DNA of 64,000 bases from Octopus vulgaris (taxonomy: Eukaryota): positions 63,426,001 through 63,490,000 of the forward strand of contig OX597814.1 of assembly GCA_951406725.2 (NCBI GenBank). The letters run 5' to 3'. Position 1 is the first letter of the stretch, and each line of letters opens with the position of its first letter. Below are positions 26,331-41,259 of the stretch, piece by piece. The notes beneath the pieces were generated by a model, which saw only the letters and a program-made list of their open reading frames with translations, did not search any database and was not told the DNA's origin. Both the position numbers and the translations under genes were made by a program.

Positions 26331-28607
26331 CTGAAACTGATGTCGCTAACCATTTAACATTATTGACTATAGCACCATGTGACCCTTCATGACAAATAAC
26401 AGACCGTCTAACGGTAGCAATATTGGACTTACTGAACCTCCCCATTCAGTTTTACAGAAGACTGAAAAAGTCAGGTTTCGTTAGAGGGTCTGAGAAAATT
26501 AAAGTAGCACACAAACCTAATCGAACTCTTTTGAATAATATTGTGATTTGGACTGACAAAGCACCCATATTACAAGGCATAATAGTTAATAATTCGTAAT
26601 GCTCTATGAAGCGTACAACACACAAACACACACACACACACGCACGCACGCACGCACACGCGCACATACACAATCGCATATTAACAGGGGAGATAACTGC
26701 CCGGTGAGCGACTCTAGTATCACTTGAGTCACTCATATCAGTGTATATATATATTGTGCGATTCATAAAGGTTTTTCGTTTATGGTATTATATACAAGCA
26801 TATATTTCAACTTTCCAATTTAAGATGACCAATATAGTTTTTTGATAAACATATTGTATTAATTGATGCAAGAACTATGAAAAATTCTTAGATATTGCCA
26901 TCTTTAAACCTGATTACAATTTTTAGTGGCTCTGATATCTCCGATTAAGTTTGAATTCTGAACGGAAATTAAATCCCATGTCCCATTGCTACATGATTGT
27001 GATAGTTATATCGTTTACAGCAAATGTGTTGTTTCAAGCGTCAATTAATTATTGTACATTATAAAGTGAGACTCTTGTGCCGTAGATAAATTGCTGACTT
27101 GCCTAGTATTTCTTACGGCGTCTAAAATTTGAGTAACGGTTGTGGTCAACTGTAGATAATACGTATTGCTCTATACACACATGTATTTTTCCTATAATGG
27201 TCAATTTTATCATGAACAGAGCTATGAATAAAGGACAACCTTGGTATAAATTGTGTTGTCATATATGAGTTGGGAAAACTGTTGACGAGCGGGAGCGGTC
27301 ACTGAGTTGGCTAAAGCATTGTCCTCTGCGCACGAACACACATACACACACACACACACACACAACACACACACAAACACAAACGCAAACACACATGCAC
27401 ATACATATATACAGATGCATACATATTTATAGGTTATGCAATCTTGTGATATATCTACTTAATTGCATAAACACACACACACATACACACTCACAAATAA
27501 ATACATACACATATAATTACTTCATTTTTATATGTTTTGTATATTTGTGCGTTATATTTCACTTTACTTTTTGCAAAATTTCAAGTGACAGCAAGTTTTT
27601 AAAAGTTGTTGTTAGCTTACTACTTGCTAAAATGCATTATAGATATACACATGCAACCTGTTAAAAGAAGAAAGAAAAAACAAAATAAAAACGAAGCAAT
27701 AAATATTTTCTGTAACATGCATGTCAAATGTAAAATCAATTAGAGACAACTATCTACAAAAGAGGAGCTTTCTTTTATTGTTTTAATTTTCTTTCAGTGT
27801 TCCCATTTTTCCTTAAAACATTTCACGTTTACCGTCCCCGTCACGACTATCACTACAACAACAAAGAAAAAAATACCTTTAATGTTTTATTAAGTGGCAG
27901 AACAATTATTTTTCAGTGAATAGCATGTTGTTTTCTACAATGCTTTGGCCATTACTCTCAGACACGCTAATGTACTTTAAGAAACTACCAATTAGCTAAG
28001 AGATATACAGATACTTGTTTTAATTAGCAATATCATCCATTTAATTTACATTTAAACAGTAGAAAAAAGAATACTTGATGAGACAAATTTCCCCATTAAC
28101 ATTATTTCTCACTTTTATGTTGTGTAACCTGTTAGATATTGGTTAATATATTAAAGATAGTACCGATCGTCTAGTTTCTATGACTCGTCTATCTTGTATA
28201 AAACTTTTACGGTAGACTGATGACCCCTGTTAGAAGATTTACAAAGCATAGATGGCAGTCCGACTGCAATCGTCCTTAATATATTTCGATGTGATGACTG
28301 GATACTCAGGTCTCAGTTCGTGCAATAGAGTGGCTTCACATTATTTCGTCTGTCTCTACGTTATGACTTCAAATTCCGCCGGGGTCGATAAATTAGTTGC
28401 ATACTGGGATCGATCTAAACGAATGGCACCCTATTCCCAAATTTCGGGCCTTGAGCCTAAAGTAGAAAAGAGTGGCTTCACATTGTATGCTCTACACCTA
28501 ATAAATGTCTTGAAAATGCCACACTGAACGCTAACCAAATGTGAGTCATAGAGCCCACAGCTATCTGCCGTTACATGGAGACCGACACTGATGACTGAAC
28601 ACGTGTG

Positions 28608-28872
28608 GGGAGACATTTGTTTAACAATTCGGATTATCTTAATAGTTGTACATTAAAACAAATGGTCTACACTTTTGGTTTATCCAGGACGGTGATAAAG
28701 TAGTACACGCTAGTGTTCGTTAATATCCAGTATTGATGACTGGTCACAATCTGGGAGACGTTTCTATTTAATAAATGAGATTATCTTCATTGTTGTGCAA
28801 TAAGAAAAATGCATTGCATCTTTGGTTTTGTCAGGACAGTGATAAAATAGTACACGGTGGTGTTTATTATTT
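28608..28872. repeat. Old tandem duplication, period ~145 bp
   Basis: gggagac...gattatctt...tttggttt..caggac.gtgataaa.tagtacacg occurs twice, diverged. Confidence 0.6.
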
Positions 28873-29870
28873 TCATTAGACACATTTAAATGTATTCAAT
28901 TTTTCTATTTACTTAGATTTTAGAATTAACACATATAAAACAGTACAGAAGACGATTGTTGCTGAAAGGAGTGTCCTGAAGAAAATAGTACACAATCGAC
29001 ACCATTTGATCGATGCATTATGTGCTGTGTGTATTTATATGATTATGAATGCAATTATATATGTCGTAAGAAAGAGTTGCATCGACATTAAAAGGTAAAT
29101 CGAGATTGTACAAAAGACAGCGGCAAGTTAAAATGGGATTTTACATGATCGTCAGTGATGGTTAGGAACGGAGAAAAGGAACTGGGTGTGAAATGTCCGA
29201 TATACATACATATGTATATATGTGTGTGTATGTGCAATATATGTAAGAAGTGTATGTCTATATATAAATATAAATATTGTGGAGAATGTATTTACTTGTT
29301 TATTTTTAAACTTTTCTTCTTTACGTGGTTTGAGAAAAAATAATTGGACAAAACAAAACGAAAAAAAAAACCGTCTAGGTATCTTTAGGAAGGAAATTTC
29401 ACATTGATAACTGGGTGCGTTTCCGCAAGTGGAAATGAATTAGAACGGATATGAGTGCATTAAGAAAGTACTGAGAAGCAATTAAAAAGACGCATGCCAA
29501 TCGTTACTTGTACAAAATAATTCAATTAGCAACTGTTTTTTTTTTTTCTGGGTTTTCTCTGTTATGACGTTTTATACTTGGGGATTTGTTCATGTTTTTT
29601 TTTTGTTGTTTTTCTTTCACAGTAAAGGGGAGAGAGCTGAGACCTTTGGTTCTGTGTATGTCACATAATTTCTTTGCTCTCTCTCTCTCTTTCTCCCCAC
29701 TTTCTCCCCTCTCTCTCTTTCTCTTCTCTCTTTCTCTTCTCTCTCCTCTCTCTCTCTCTCTCTCTTCTCTTTCCTCTTCCGCTCCCTCTCTTTCTTCCCT
29801 CTTTATCTGTCTGACAAATGCTTTTTACTTATTGCAACCTTCACTTTTCACACAAATACCTGTGTGGTTT

Positions 29871-29917
<47 letters not shown>

Positions 29918-29934
29918 CTTCCTCTCTCTTTCTT

Positions 29935-29995
<61 letters not shown>

Positions 29996-30387
29996 TCCTA
30001 TCTATCGATCGATTGATCTATTCATCTACCACCTATCTGTTGGCCTGATTTTCTGCATGTTATATTTGTTTTACTTTCTATCCGCCACTGTGTGATTATT
30101 TGTCTATCATTCTGTCCACTTCTCTGAACAACTGGTCTCAATACGCGATCCCTATTGATCATTTTTTCCCTCCTTTTTACGATCCCTTTTGATCGAAAAC
30201 CTACCCCACTTTTTTTTCTCCCCAAAAAGAAAAGCTCTACTTTGTAATTTGTCCCGTCTGTGTTCAGCCCTGTGTGGCTAATAAAGAAACATATCTTACA
30301 GAATAATTGGCGTACCGGTTTGTGCATACAGGTAAATTTATTCCACTCTCCTTTTCTCCTTCTCTTACACATTATCTATCTCCCTCC

Positions 30388-30433
<46 letters not shown>

Positions 30434-31469
30434 GGAGTAAGAGAGATATGGATAAGTATACGTGCACGAACAGACACACGCAGACATATTTGCTTGAGTG
30501 TATGTATGTTTATAGTAAGAGTCAGAATGAGACGTGAAAGCGATTAACAGACGGAAAATATGGAAAACTTCTCGTCAATCATGGCTCCTAGAAGCAGCGT
30601 AGTATCGGCACGTTACGAAACGATGTTTTTATTCGCATTGCCCTTCTCCTTCACTTGCGCCACTGATTGTGAATATCTCTGAGGTGGTATTCATTACGAA
30701 GAAATTAGCTTTCTGGAGGACAACAAAATAAATGAGAGGAAAAATTACAGATTTTTCCAATACATTTCAGCAGCAACAAAAACTACTTATATGTTGTATG
30801 TATATGTGTATTTGTATATATTACATGAGTGTATCTGTGAATGTATGTGTGCTTGTGTGTGACTCGCCTTTTATCTCTCTACTTGAATGTTTAATTTTAT
30901 TATTTATGTCTTCCTGTAAAGGTATGTGCTACAATACACTTGTTTGTCTAAATATTAACTCTCAATCTGGTCATGTCTATATGTCATTATTTTGCATCAT
31001 TTAAAATACTGGTTTGACATATAGGGTGTGTAAACTTTGCATTTCGTTTCGACCTGCTAGAAATAGAAACCGAGTCTCCCTGGTACAATTCGCTGTTTCA
31101 TACGCTCTTTGCATTTATATCTTTCTCTGTAATAGGCTCTCAACTGCAGGTTTTGACTTCGTGGACTCATAACCCTTACACCAGCGAGAAACAAAGCCTG
31201 GGGATATGAGATTCGATGTCAAGTATTATCGTAATGCATTTAATCATTCTTCTAATGAGACAATAATCTTTAATGGACTTGAAATTATTAAAATAATTCT
31301 TCCATCTGTTCTGTCAGCTGATACATTTGTCTTAGCCAAGGCTGGCTGGTTAATCTGTTTTGTGGATTTCCTTTCCACTCACAGACTTTTACTGCCAATA
31401 AGCCTCTTTCTGAACCACTCATTCATATTTAATCTCTGTATCGTTTTATCTTTACTATAGACATTGAAC

Positions 31470-31905
31470 ACTGTGAGCTGGCTGAATCGTTAGCACACTG
31501 GTAAAAATGCTTAGCGGCTTTTTGCCCGTTTTTACGTTCTGAGTTTGAATTCCTCAGATTTAAACTTTACGTTTCATCCTTCGTGGTCGATCAAATATAT
31601 ACTAGTTAAGCACTGGAATAGATTTAATTGACCTATCCCTCTCCCGAACTTGTGGGCTAGTGCCAAAATTTGAATGCGTTATGATAGACAGTGAATACGG
31701 CGAGCCGATATTAATCGTTCTCGCTCTGGACAAAATGCTCACAGACATTTCATCAGGCTTTACTCTTGAATTAAAATATCGCTGAGATCGATTTTGTCCT
31801 TCATCTTTTCTGGCTCGACAAAATAAGTCTCAGTTAAACACTGGGATCAATGTAATCGACTTATACACTTCTCTAAAATCACTCGACTTATACTACAATT
31901 TGAAA
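31470..31905 (+). mobile_element. Two tandem degenerate copies of tRNA-derived SINE family C
   Basis: gagctggctgaatcgttagcac...aaaatgcttagcg...gagtttgaattcc...tttcatcctt...gtcgat; same family as 43893. Confidence 0.75.
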
Positions 31906-32315
31906 CCATTACTGTAGAAATTTAAAATGAATGATACAATTTTGAGTAAATAATAATCTTCATTTAATATTAACGTTTTTAGTGACGTTTATTTTTCCTG
32001 TGTCTATTCTTCCAAAACCTTGGCTAATTGCCGTGAATTGTTTAACTATTCCCATAGTAAGCACAGAAATGCTATTTGCAAACCAAAAGAAATTATATTT
32101 GGAAATAATTCATTATGATAAGACAGTAAAAAAATCTCCCATCATAATGACATGCATTCCCTAGAAACCCACTTCTAAATCCCGCCTATAAACCATCTTC
32201 AACAATTAGGAATCCCAGCTGCACACGTTTTTCTTGCAGCTGTTGTGTTGCAGTTGTTTTAAAGGAAGATAAACAGCATCAATCGAAAAGAGTCTCAAAG
32301 TATAGTGAAGGCTGT

Positions 32316-32406
32316 ATGATGAGCAAAATTCCCATTCCAATGTCAAATAAAAACCTGTCATCTGTTTTGAGTGGACTAAAATTGCCTCAGATGCATCACC
32401 AAATTG
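32316..32406 (+). other. Candidate first coding exon of an unidentified plus-strand gene
   Basis: GC-box-like CCCGCC and TATAAA at 32181-32192. ATG at 32316 reads MMSKIPIPMSNKNLSSVLSGLKLPQMHHQI and ends at a perfect donor G|GTAAGT (32407). No homology recognised. Confidence 0.3.
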
Positions 32407-33149
32407 GTAAGTTTCAATGCGATAAATGTAGTCAATAAGCTTTTTAAAATGACACGCTCGTTTATCCTTTCTTCTTTCTATGAGTTGTTATTCAACCGTA
32501 AGGAATAAATATACTGCTTTATATTGTGAAACAAGCAAGTTGAAGTCATTTTCTTAAATACTGTACCTAGGTTTTAAATATCATTTGACAATTTTCATTT
32601 TCTAATTATCCGAGGGTAAGTATTACTAAAGTAGTGGTATGTTTTGAAGTCATAATTCTATTTCATAAGACTAGCAATGATAAAGGTTTTGACAGTTCGG
32701 TAAAGTGGATATGGGGAAATATTGGGAAATTTCCGAAGCGTTAGGTATCGCATAAGTCTACTCGAATATTTAAAAATTGCTTTTCTCATTAGTTTCCTTT
32801 TTGTTGTGTCTTGGACATGCATACACACAGACACTCACATACGTATAAATACGTATATACTTGTACTTATATAAGAATAAAGATACGGAAATCCTCATAC
32901 ATAAATATTAATTATCCTTTCACTAATATTTTTCTTTTCACTGATGTAAACATTTTGTCTACGTGGATTCTCCTAATCAATCATACAGATCCTACACTTA
33001 TTTCAGTTAAGCATACATTTATTGATCAAATTGTTGTTCCTCTCTTGATATAACACAATGAAACTCAACAACCTGGTAAAAATAAGAACGCGCGCCGATA
33101 CATTCACGCATCTATCCCTGTATGCTTATACACACACACAATATACATA

Positions 33150-34027
33150 TCGTGAAACGGGGTTACTTTGAACCGTTTTAGACTTCTTATTGCTATAATT
33201 TCATAACCTTTTCCTCAATCTTAACTAAATTTGACTATGTTAGGGAGATTAAATAGGTAAACTTATATATGAAATAAAAATAAGTTGCAGTCAATATTTG
33301 ATTAATTTTTCTTATATAATTGTCGCTGTTCAATGTAACCACGAATCAGTAGTATATTTTTGCTTATGCTCAAAGTTACTCTTTGTCGATCCAAACTACA
33401 AGTTGATCCTAAAATAAACAAATTATGGTTTAAAGAATTAGACTTTGCAACAGAAAGAAAAACTGATTCTGGTTATCAAGCCATAATAAGAAAAAAATGA
33501 AAAATTTGGGGTTACACCTCATTAATTCTAAGGGTGAAATATTGTCCATAAATAGCAAAAGCATCAAAAAATCTTAAATACCTAACTTATATTGGGCACT
33601 ATTAGTTTGACCTGTAGTAGCAGCTTGCTTACTGCCGGAAATAATGATCGGGATAACTTTGAAAGGCATGTAATACAAGTTTTTACAAAGATACCAAAGT
33701 TATAAAAACACTTCAATAGAAAATTATTAACTAGTTATATTAACGTTATATTGTTACAAAAGCTTGTATCTTTTATGCAAGAAGTGCTTCAACTGAAATT
33801 TGCTGGGAGTTGAAGAAGTTGACAAATTCTTTCTTTGAGTAGATAAAGTTAAATTTACAAATTTTATTTTATGTATTGAAATTATACTATCATAGAAATT
33901 CAATTCTGAAGTTTAACAACACATTAAACGATTCTGTAAGGAATTTTAGTAACAAGCAACAAGAGGAAACAAAATATCATATTTTGTCCAAAGTTACCCG
34001 TGTGTTCAAAGTAACCCCAATTCACGG
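33150..34027. mobile_element. Non-autonomous TIR DNA transposon (pogo/Tc1-mariner-like, ~880 bp)
   Basis: TIRs cgtgaaacggggttactttgaac / gttcaaagtaaccccaattcacgg, with internal TIR-like motifs near 33508 and 33651. No transposase ORF. Confidence 0.7.
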
Positions 34028-34132
34028 TGCTTATATACCTATTCACAGACACGCACATACACACACACACACACACGTGCACACACACACGCATACATAT
34101 ATGCATGGTTACACAGAGACACATGTATACTT

Positions 34133-34175
<43 letters not shown>

Positions 34176-34667
34176 AAATTTTACAAACACACACATCCTA
34201 CCAAATGTTACAAACACACACAGACACATCTATTTACACCACAATAAACCCTGGGACCAATCAAAAATGGCCCACACACACAAACACAAACACGCATATA
34301 TGTATATACACACACAGCAAGACACACACACTCGCACCATTCTGACCTCTAAAGACCAATACCCCAAATCCTTGAAGTTTGAAGGAGAGACAAAAAAACT
34401 TCTTTTCAGTTCCTCATTACTCTTTCTCCCTCCCACCCAAACACACTTACACTGTCCCTTGAATTAAAAAATAGTCTTTTACGATAACATGTGAACCAGG
34501 TCAGTTTAAGCTACCCTACTACTAAAATGTAATTTTTTTAAACTTATAATATTCTGTGTGTGTATATATATACAGATACAATACCAAAATTCTACTGAAC
34601 TCTTTAATAATTCCTTCTGGAAACTATCTTTAACATTTTCTTGAGAATGTATATATATGTTATTATC

Positions 34668-34969
34668 TTTTGTGCCCAATATTTTAATGAACTTGTTAAA
34701 CTTTTTTATATTTTCCCAAGATTTTCCCTTGTAAACTGTTCTTAACATGTTCTTATTATCAAATAATGTATATGTATATTGTAATATTTTGTGACAACCA
34801 GTACCTGGCACAACCAAGATTTTGTGCCCAATATTTTGATGAACTTGTTAAACTTTTTTATATTTTCCCAAGATTTTCCCTTGTAAACTGTTCTTAACAT
34901 GTTCTTGTTATCAAAGAATGTATATATGTATTGTAGTATTTTGTGACAACCAGTAACTAACACAACCAA
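34668..34969. repeat. Tandem duplication, period 152 bp
   Basis: tgtgcccaatatttt...gtgacaaccagta..cacaaccaa occurs at 34671 and 34823 with few substitutions. Confidence 0.9.
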
Positions 34970-35061
34970 ACTTTTACATGTTACTTTTAACAATCTTTTT
35001 CTAAAAAAGTGAAACCGGTAAAGTAAATAAACATCTTTTAAAATTGCATTTTCAAACCTTC

Positions 35062-35152
<91 letters not shown>

Positions 35153-35518
35153 TGTCTGTGTTTGAGTGTACAGGCTGGTTCGCTTAAGTAAATTATGCAA
35201 CGTAACATATTAAAAAGCATCTATATAATCTTTGTTAACAATTCCCTTATTAAATGTTAAAAAAAATTACATGAATTCAGGTGAAGTATTTCTGTTTGCT
35301 TTCCTTTCCTTTTTTTCTTTGGCAGAAGTAAGGAACATCGTCCGCATGATTAACTGAAGTGCGATAGGATGAGTTTCTGGGAGTGTATTTGATGCGGCAC
35401 TCGCCCAAGATTGACAGGTCACGCACGGATTTATTTGTAATGTGTGTTTTTGTTTTGTATGTGGTTTTCGATTTCTGTTAACCACACTTTCACACATACA
35501 CACACACAACACACACAC

Positions 35519-35562
<44 letters not shown>

Positions 35563-36039
35563 ACACACACACAACACACACAGCCCACATACGCACACAC
35601 ATATTTATATATCCAGATGTATAAAGTTGCTCCCTCGAATTCTTCTACTGAGACACAGAAATTAAACAACCAATATTGTAATAATTTACGTTATAGGTTT
35701 TTCACTCTGGTTAGGCCTTCACTGAGAATATAAACCTGTAACCGTTTTTACATTGTGAGAAATGTAGAAAATACCTTCGTTTATTCGTACAAATGTAAAA
35801 ACAAAATCAAATTCTATCACTGCTGTCTCTTTCCTACCAGTTTTCATATCGCCTTTCTCAGTGCTAATCTCTACCTGTCAGTTTCTGTTTATATCGTTCA
35901 CCCTGTGTATGTGTGTGTATTTGTGATTGAGTGTTCAAATTTTGTGTTAGAAGAACCTCAATAATGTAAACAATATTGAAACCACAAAGAAGATGCTGTT
36001 GCTCTCACTTTTCAGTATGCATGGAATGTACTCATTTCT

Positions 36040-36870
36040 GTCTTTGCTGCTCAGCAGGTGTTGTCTGAGAGGATACAATAATACGACATTCAAAGGCTGT
36101 TTAGACTAACCTAATGGTTCTTCCACCATCACTCCGTCTCACATAAATCCTATAGGTATTGATATTAGTGTGTAAGTTGCTATGGGTGGTCAGTACCTTT
36201 CTAGTTGTGATGTCCAAGCTGCATATCTCATCAAATGTCCGGTCCAATATCCCAAATGTTGGTACAAGCGCTGGCATTGCAGAGGCATTGTGAGATAAGG
36301 TCTTGTTAAATGCAGACAACTCTAAGTTCCATATTTCTGGAATCCACAGAAGTACTCTTTTATTATTCTGGTTTTAGACACAGCACCAACATATGCTACA
36401 TTCTCATCTATTGCGAGTATTAGAGATAAGAGAGGCAGTCGATTGACTATCATGAATGAGTATTTAACGTGCCCAAGCTTCATCCCTATATCATGTGAGA
36501 ATGTTGTGACTAGTTCTAATTGTCTCACCAGAGTATAACTTTAGATCATAAACAACAAATTTGAGGGTGACATTAATTTTATTCGTTTTTGCATAGCCAG
36601 CATGTAAATTTGGCATTTTGCTATCGAAGCTAAAATATCACTCAGGAATATACCTGTTGATAGCTTACTTCTGTTTGTAACAGTAGGTATTGCTTTAGTA
36701 GTTGTCAGTGATAACTGTGTTACTAGTTACTAGTTTTCAATGGCATTCACTATAGCAGCTGGTACTTTGGCAAGGTGTAATTGATTATATCATCCATGTG
36801 TGAGGGAAAGAGTCGAACGCCATCTTGTAGTCTAGTCATATCATTAAGAGATTACGGCGAAGTTGCTAGG
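36040..36870 (-). mobile_element. Degenerate RT of an R4/Dong-like non-LTR retrotransposon
   Basis: Fragments DYKMAFDSFPH, LELVTTFSHDIGMKLG, NKTLSHNASAMPALVPTFGILD and IYVRRSDGGR. Confidence 0.7.
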
Positions 36871-36878
36871 CTTCCTAT

Positions 36879-37753
36879 TGTGATGAGAGTCACGACACCC
36901 ACTTGCGAGAAATAAACTGGCCCGGGCGATTATAAATAGCAACGGTAGGAGTGAAGTTTTTTATTAGTTCGAGTTGAATTTGCAGTGAAGTCGGAAGGTG
37001 TCTGCTGGTAAGTTCGTTTGGAATGTTGATTGTTGGTTCGTGAAGAGATTGATCGTTACGTTGCTATTACGGCTGCATTGTTATGTTGTCTATTATTACT
37101 ACACTGATACGATGTATCTAAACCATCCGTCACAGTATCGTGGCAATATTTGGAGATGGAGGATAGATCTGGCGTCGAGGGTTTCGAAGTCCAAACATAT
37201 TATTTAACAATGTGTTCGTGATACCACTTGTTAAATGATGAAAGCCCTACTAGCTTCTATAATTCAGTTGCAAAAGCAACAAGAAGAGCAACAGGAGTTG
37301 CAGAAGCAACTAGTACAGCAACAACTACAACAACAACAATTATTGGAGCTATAACAGGATTACTGCGAAGGATATAACTTTTGCAGCGTACTGCAAAAGG
37401 TATGAAGAAACTTTTAAGGAAGATTACAAAACATGATCGGACGAAGAAAAAGTAAGATAATTATTATGTAAATTAGCTTCGTCCGAATTATGAATTTATT
37501 ACGTATGCAGGAATGATGACTTTATTACGTATGCAGGAACAGTTTTAAACTCAAAAAACTTACTCCTGAGATGTTTAAGTGCCTCAATTTTGTACAAGGT
37601 CTTACAACAGATGAAGTTACAGAAATACGGACAAGAATTCTTTTGAAACTTGAACAAGGGAACCAAGATTTAATCCTGCAGACTGTTGCAGAAGATGGTG
37701 AAGACGTAAGTAAAATTGAAGAAAAGGAATTCGTATGGATAAAGTGTTGTTGA
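36879..37753 (+). mobile_element. Ty3/Gypsy LTR retrotransposon remnant (5' LTR, PBS-like site, gag fragment)
   Basis: TG start at 36879 and PBS-like TGGCGTCGAGG at 37170. A Q-rich gag start lies at 37235, followed by FKCLNFVQGL...EIRTRILLKLEQ...LILQ, typical of invertebrate Gypsy gag. Confidence 0.65.
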
Positions 37754-38394
37754 AAGTGAACGGGAATAAAAAATGAAAGAAAAATTCAAATTTAAACAAT
37801 TCTCTAACGGAATATTCGATGTGGAGTGATTGAGAGTTCCTGGCAGTTCTAGTTCGCTCGCTGATTCAGTACATGTCTGAACTGTTTTCTACTACTAGCG
37901 CCTCTTCTCTATCATTCTCTGTCGTAGCCAATGCAGCGGAGACGGACGAGTTTTCCTTGGTTCAATCTTATGTGAATTACGGTATTTGAAAACAAAGTGT
38001 ATCAAGAGACACAGCTAAACATTAAAAATTCTAAAGCTTAAAATAGTTAAATAAATATTCTTACAGTTCTTCCATCATTTGTTGCTTATTTTCGAATAAA
38101 CACAAGTACAGAAAGAAACTATCTATATATACTCGCAGCAATAAAGACATTGAGATAAATTTGTAACATCGTGTAGAATATTGTAGACAAGTGATTTAGT
38201 AACATATTGAAGATTAGGTAATTTATCTAATTTGCTATTTAACATACATACATACATATGTATGTGTATGCCACTCATGTATTGATTACATGTGTAATTA
38301 CATATAAATATGTGTATTACGTGCGAAAAAATGCGCATCTCATCTTCAGGCCCTCGAATTGGTTAGGTGACAAATCAATATAGATACGTATGCC

Positions 38395-40048
38395 CGCTGA
38401 GGTCGACTTTGCCTTTCATCATATCTTGGTTGATAAATTAAGTACCAGTTGCGTACTGGGGTCGATCTAATCGACTGGCTCCCTTCCCAAAAGTTTCGGG
38501 CCTTGTGCCTAGAGTAGAAAATAATATAGATTTGTATGCACCACCACCACCATTACCATCATAATCATGATCATTATCATGAAAACCATCATCATCATCA
38601 TCATTAAAATGTACGCTTTTCTCTATTTAGAATCACACGCATATATGTATTGGATATATGTATGTACATGTGTATGTATATATGCATGTGAGTAAATAAT
38701 CTTTTTGTATAACATTTATTGAAACAAGACAGATCAACTTAAGATACAAGTAAAATCAAAAGTGGATCTAGGTCTGAAAATCAACTTGGTGTGCAATCCC
38801 TTCTAGTGAAATTTCTTTGAAATTATTTCTTCTGTGCACAAACCATGTAAGGGTGTAGAACTGAAGTGGGAAGAAGAGAGCGTTGTATTTGACTAATATA
38901 CCATGAGCGTTTTCCATATACGGTGCCCATTTAAATCAGAAGAACTTGTGGCAGGACTAACTATTTCTTTCTCTTCCATTGGCTTCCGTTATTCATGATA
39001 GCGGACACGTACTAGAACCGTTTTATTATATGATTTGTGCTTTGTTCATTTATCACCAACCCTATAAAATTTAATATTCCTCTATACTATAGATACAAAA
39101 CATGAAATGTTAGTTAGGGGGACGGGAATATAGCCAATTACCTGTCACATAGTATTCAACTGGTTCTTATTTGATTGATCCCAAAGGAAAGAAAGGCGAA
39201 GTGGACTTCGGTGGAATTTGTACTTAGAAAGTAAAGACGGACGAAAATTCGACAAGTGCTTAGTCTGGCGTGCTAATTAATCTACCAGCACGCCACATTA
39301 ATCAAGGTTAATAGTACCATGATGATTGCATTTCACAGAAATACTGATTAATTTGGTATCTGCACTCCAACCCATACTTAATATAAAGTACAATACCTAC
39401 GAAGATCAGTGAGGAATTTTCTGAAGCAAATTTTTGTTTGGAGAATCCTGGAATATACGACATCTGTTTCTTTTAGAAAATTCAATCTTGTATTTAATTG
39501 GGACGACGAAAAGTAGAAATGATACTGAAGGATTTGTATTCGCAACATAAAAAGCCGAGTGAAAATATCACAAAGCAAGTTCTACGAAGTTATAACGATT
39601 TGGCCAATGTTAGAAAGGGGATATATATTGGTTTCAAATTTTGGCACTGGTCCAGCAAGTTTATTACAGGTATAAACCAATTATACTGCCCCACCCCGTA
39701 TTCAAATGGTCTTAATTTATTGACTCCGAAAGGATGGAAGGCCAAGTCAACCTCAGCGGGATTTGAACTCAAAACGTAAGTAGTTTGTACGACGTGCTAA
39801 CGATTCTGCCTTTTCGCTGCCTTAAAAATAGATAAATTATTATTTCAAATTTTGGCTCAAAACCAGCAACCTCGGTGGAAAGTCGATTGCATCGACCAAT
39901 GATCTCAATTGGTACTTAATTTATCGACCCCGAAAGGTTGAGAGGTAAAGTCGACCTCATCGGAATTTAAACTCAGGACGTAAGGGCAGACGAAATGCCG
40001 CTGAGCATTTTACCTGACAGCAGTAAGAATTCTTGTAGCTCGCCGCCT
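38395..40048. mobile_element. Cluster of SINE family C copies (38395-38522 +; ~39083-39297, ~39632-39823, ~39846-40048 -)
   Basis: All share the core gtcgactttgcctttcatc...gataaattaagtaccag or its reverse complement. Confidence 0.75.
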
Positions 40049-40681
40049 TTAAAATAGATACAGGTTAAACCAGTAAATTTCTCGAATGCTGGAAAAAATT
40101 TTTGCAACCCTAGTATTAAATTCTTTTGATTTTGAAAACTATTAAATCTGGTTTTCTTGCCTTAGCATCTATCCGCTATCTCCCAATAAGTGTTTCAATC
40201 CTAAGTGGTATACATCATAAATGTTTCAAAAGTGAATTATTTAAACGTATAAATTTATTATATATCTTGTTGTTGCGTTTTATCTTTATTGTTTTTTGTG
40301 TACTTTTTGTTTAGCACTATTCGACCAAAACACCAGCAGCTGTGACAGTTGTGTCGTATTTGCAGTCCTAATGCATTTAGAACTATATTACCCAATGAGT
40401 CTTTCTATTTCTGAAGGACATTAGGGTCTAATTATAAAGAGAACATCTCCTATATCTAGCAAGTGAAATGACCATCAAGAGGTCATCGTTAGAAATCCAA
40501 TAGTGCAATGCATATTTATACATTATGAAAGGAATCTGTGCATATTTACAGAATAGCGAATATACAATATTGTTTATATTGATGAACCAAAAAATGGATA
40601 AAAAGTCCTTGCCGAGCCATTGGCTCTATCACACCGGTTTCCTCAGATTTTGCGTAGTATATAGCTCACTGCCTGAAAATT

Positions 40682-40762
<81 letters not shown>

Positions 40763-41259
40763 GTTTAGGGGACTGGAGAAACGTGATATGAAATGTTTTG
40801 CTTAAAACGACCAACGCTTTGCTCATTCGAGGTATCACAACACACCTTTAAAATCATTCGTGCAATACCACAGTTGCTAAGACACGTGCCTCCATACATC
40901 ACCGTATATGAAAACGAATATGTATACAAATTATGTAAATAGAAACATTGCATGTATGGATGTAGCTACCTTTGTTTGTATTATCATTCGAGAGTACGTG
41001 ACAATGGTAGCTAATGAATTTACTAGTTTAAGGCTTAAATTCTCAAGATTTTAATTTCACTCAGAGCTTTACTGATTTTTGAATCATGTCGTGAACTTCA
41101 TTTCCATATGTGTTACTAAATGTCTGTAGATATTGACAAAAGAACAATTCTTCATCCTCTGTATCGAAGTGATTGAACCCCTTTTAATTTGTTAATTGTA
41201 AACAGGCTTGTTTGCGGTAGGGTATTATTACATATTCACAATACATGCAAATTGTAACA

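Noticed and set aside
38700-41259. SLC23 3' UTR and polyadenylation signal (minus-strand ATTAAA ~41183, AATAAA ~40254 and ~38715)
   Set aside because: Several equally plausible hexamers occur in AT-rich sequence; I cannot choose without transcript data.
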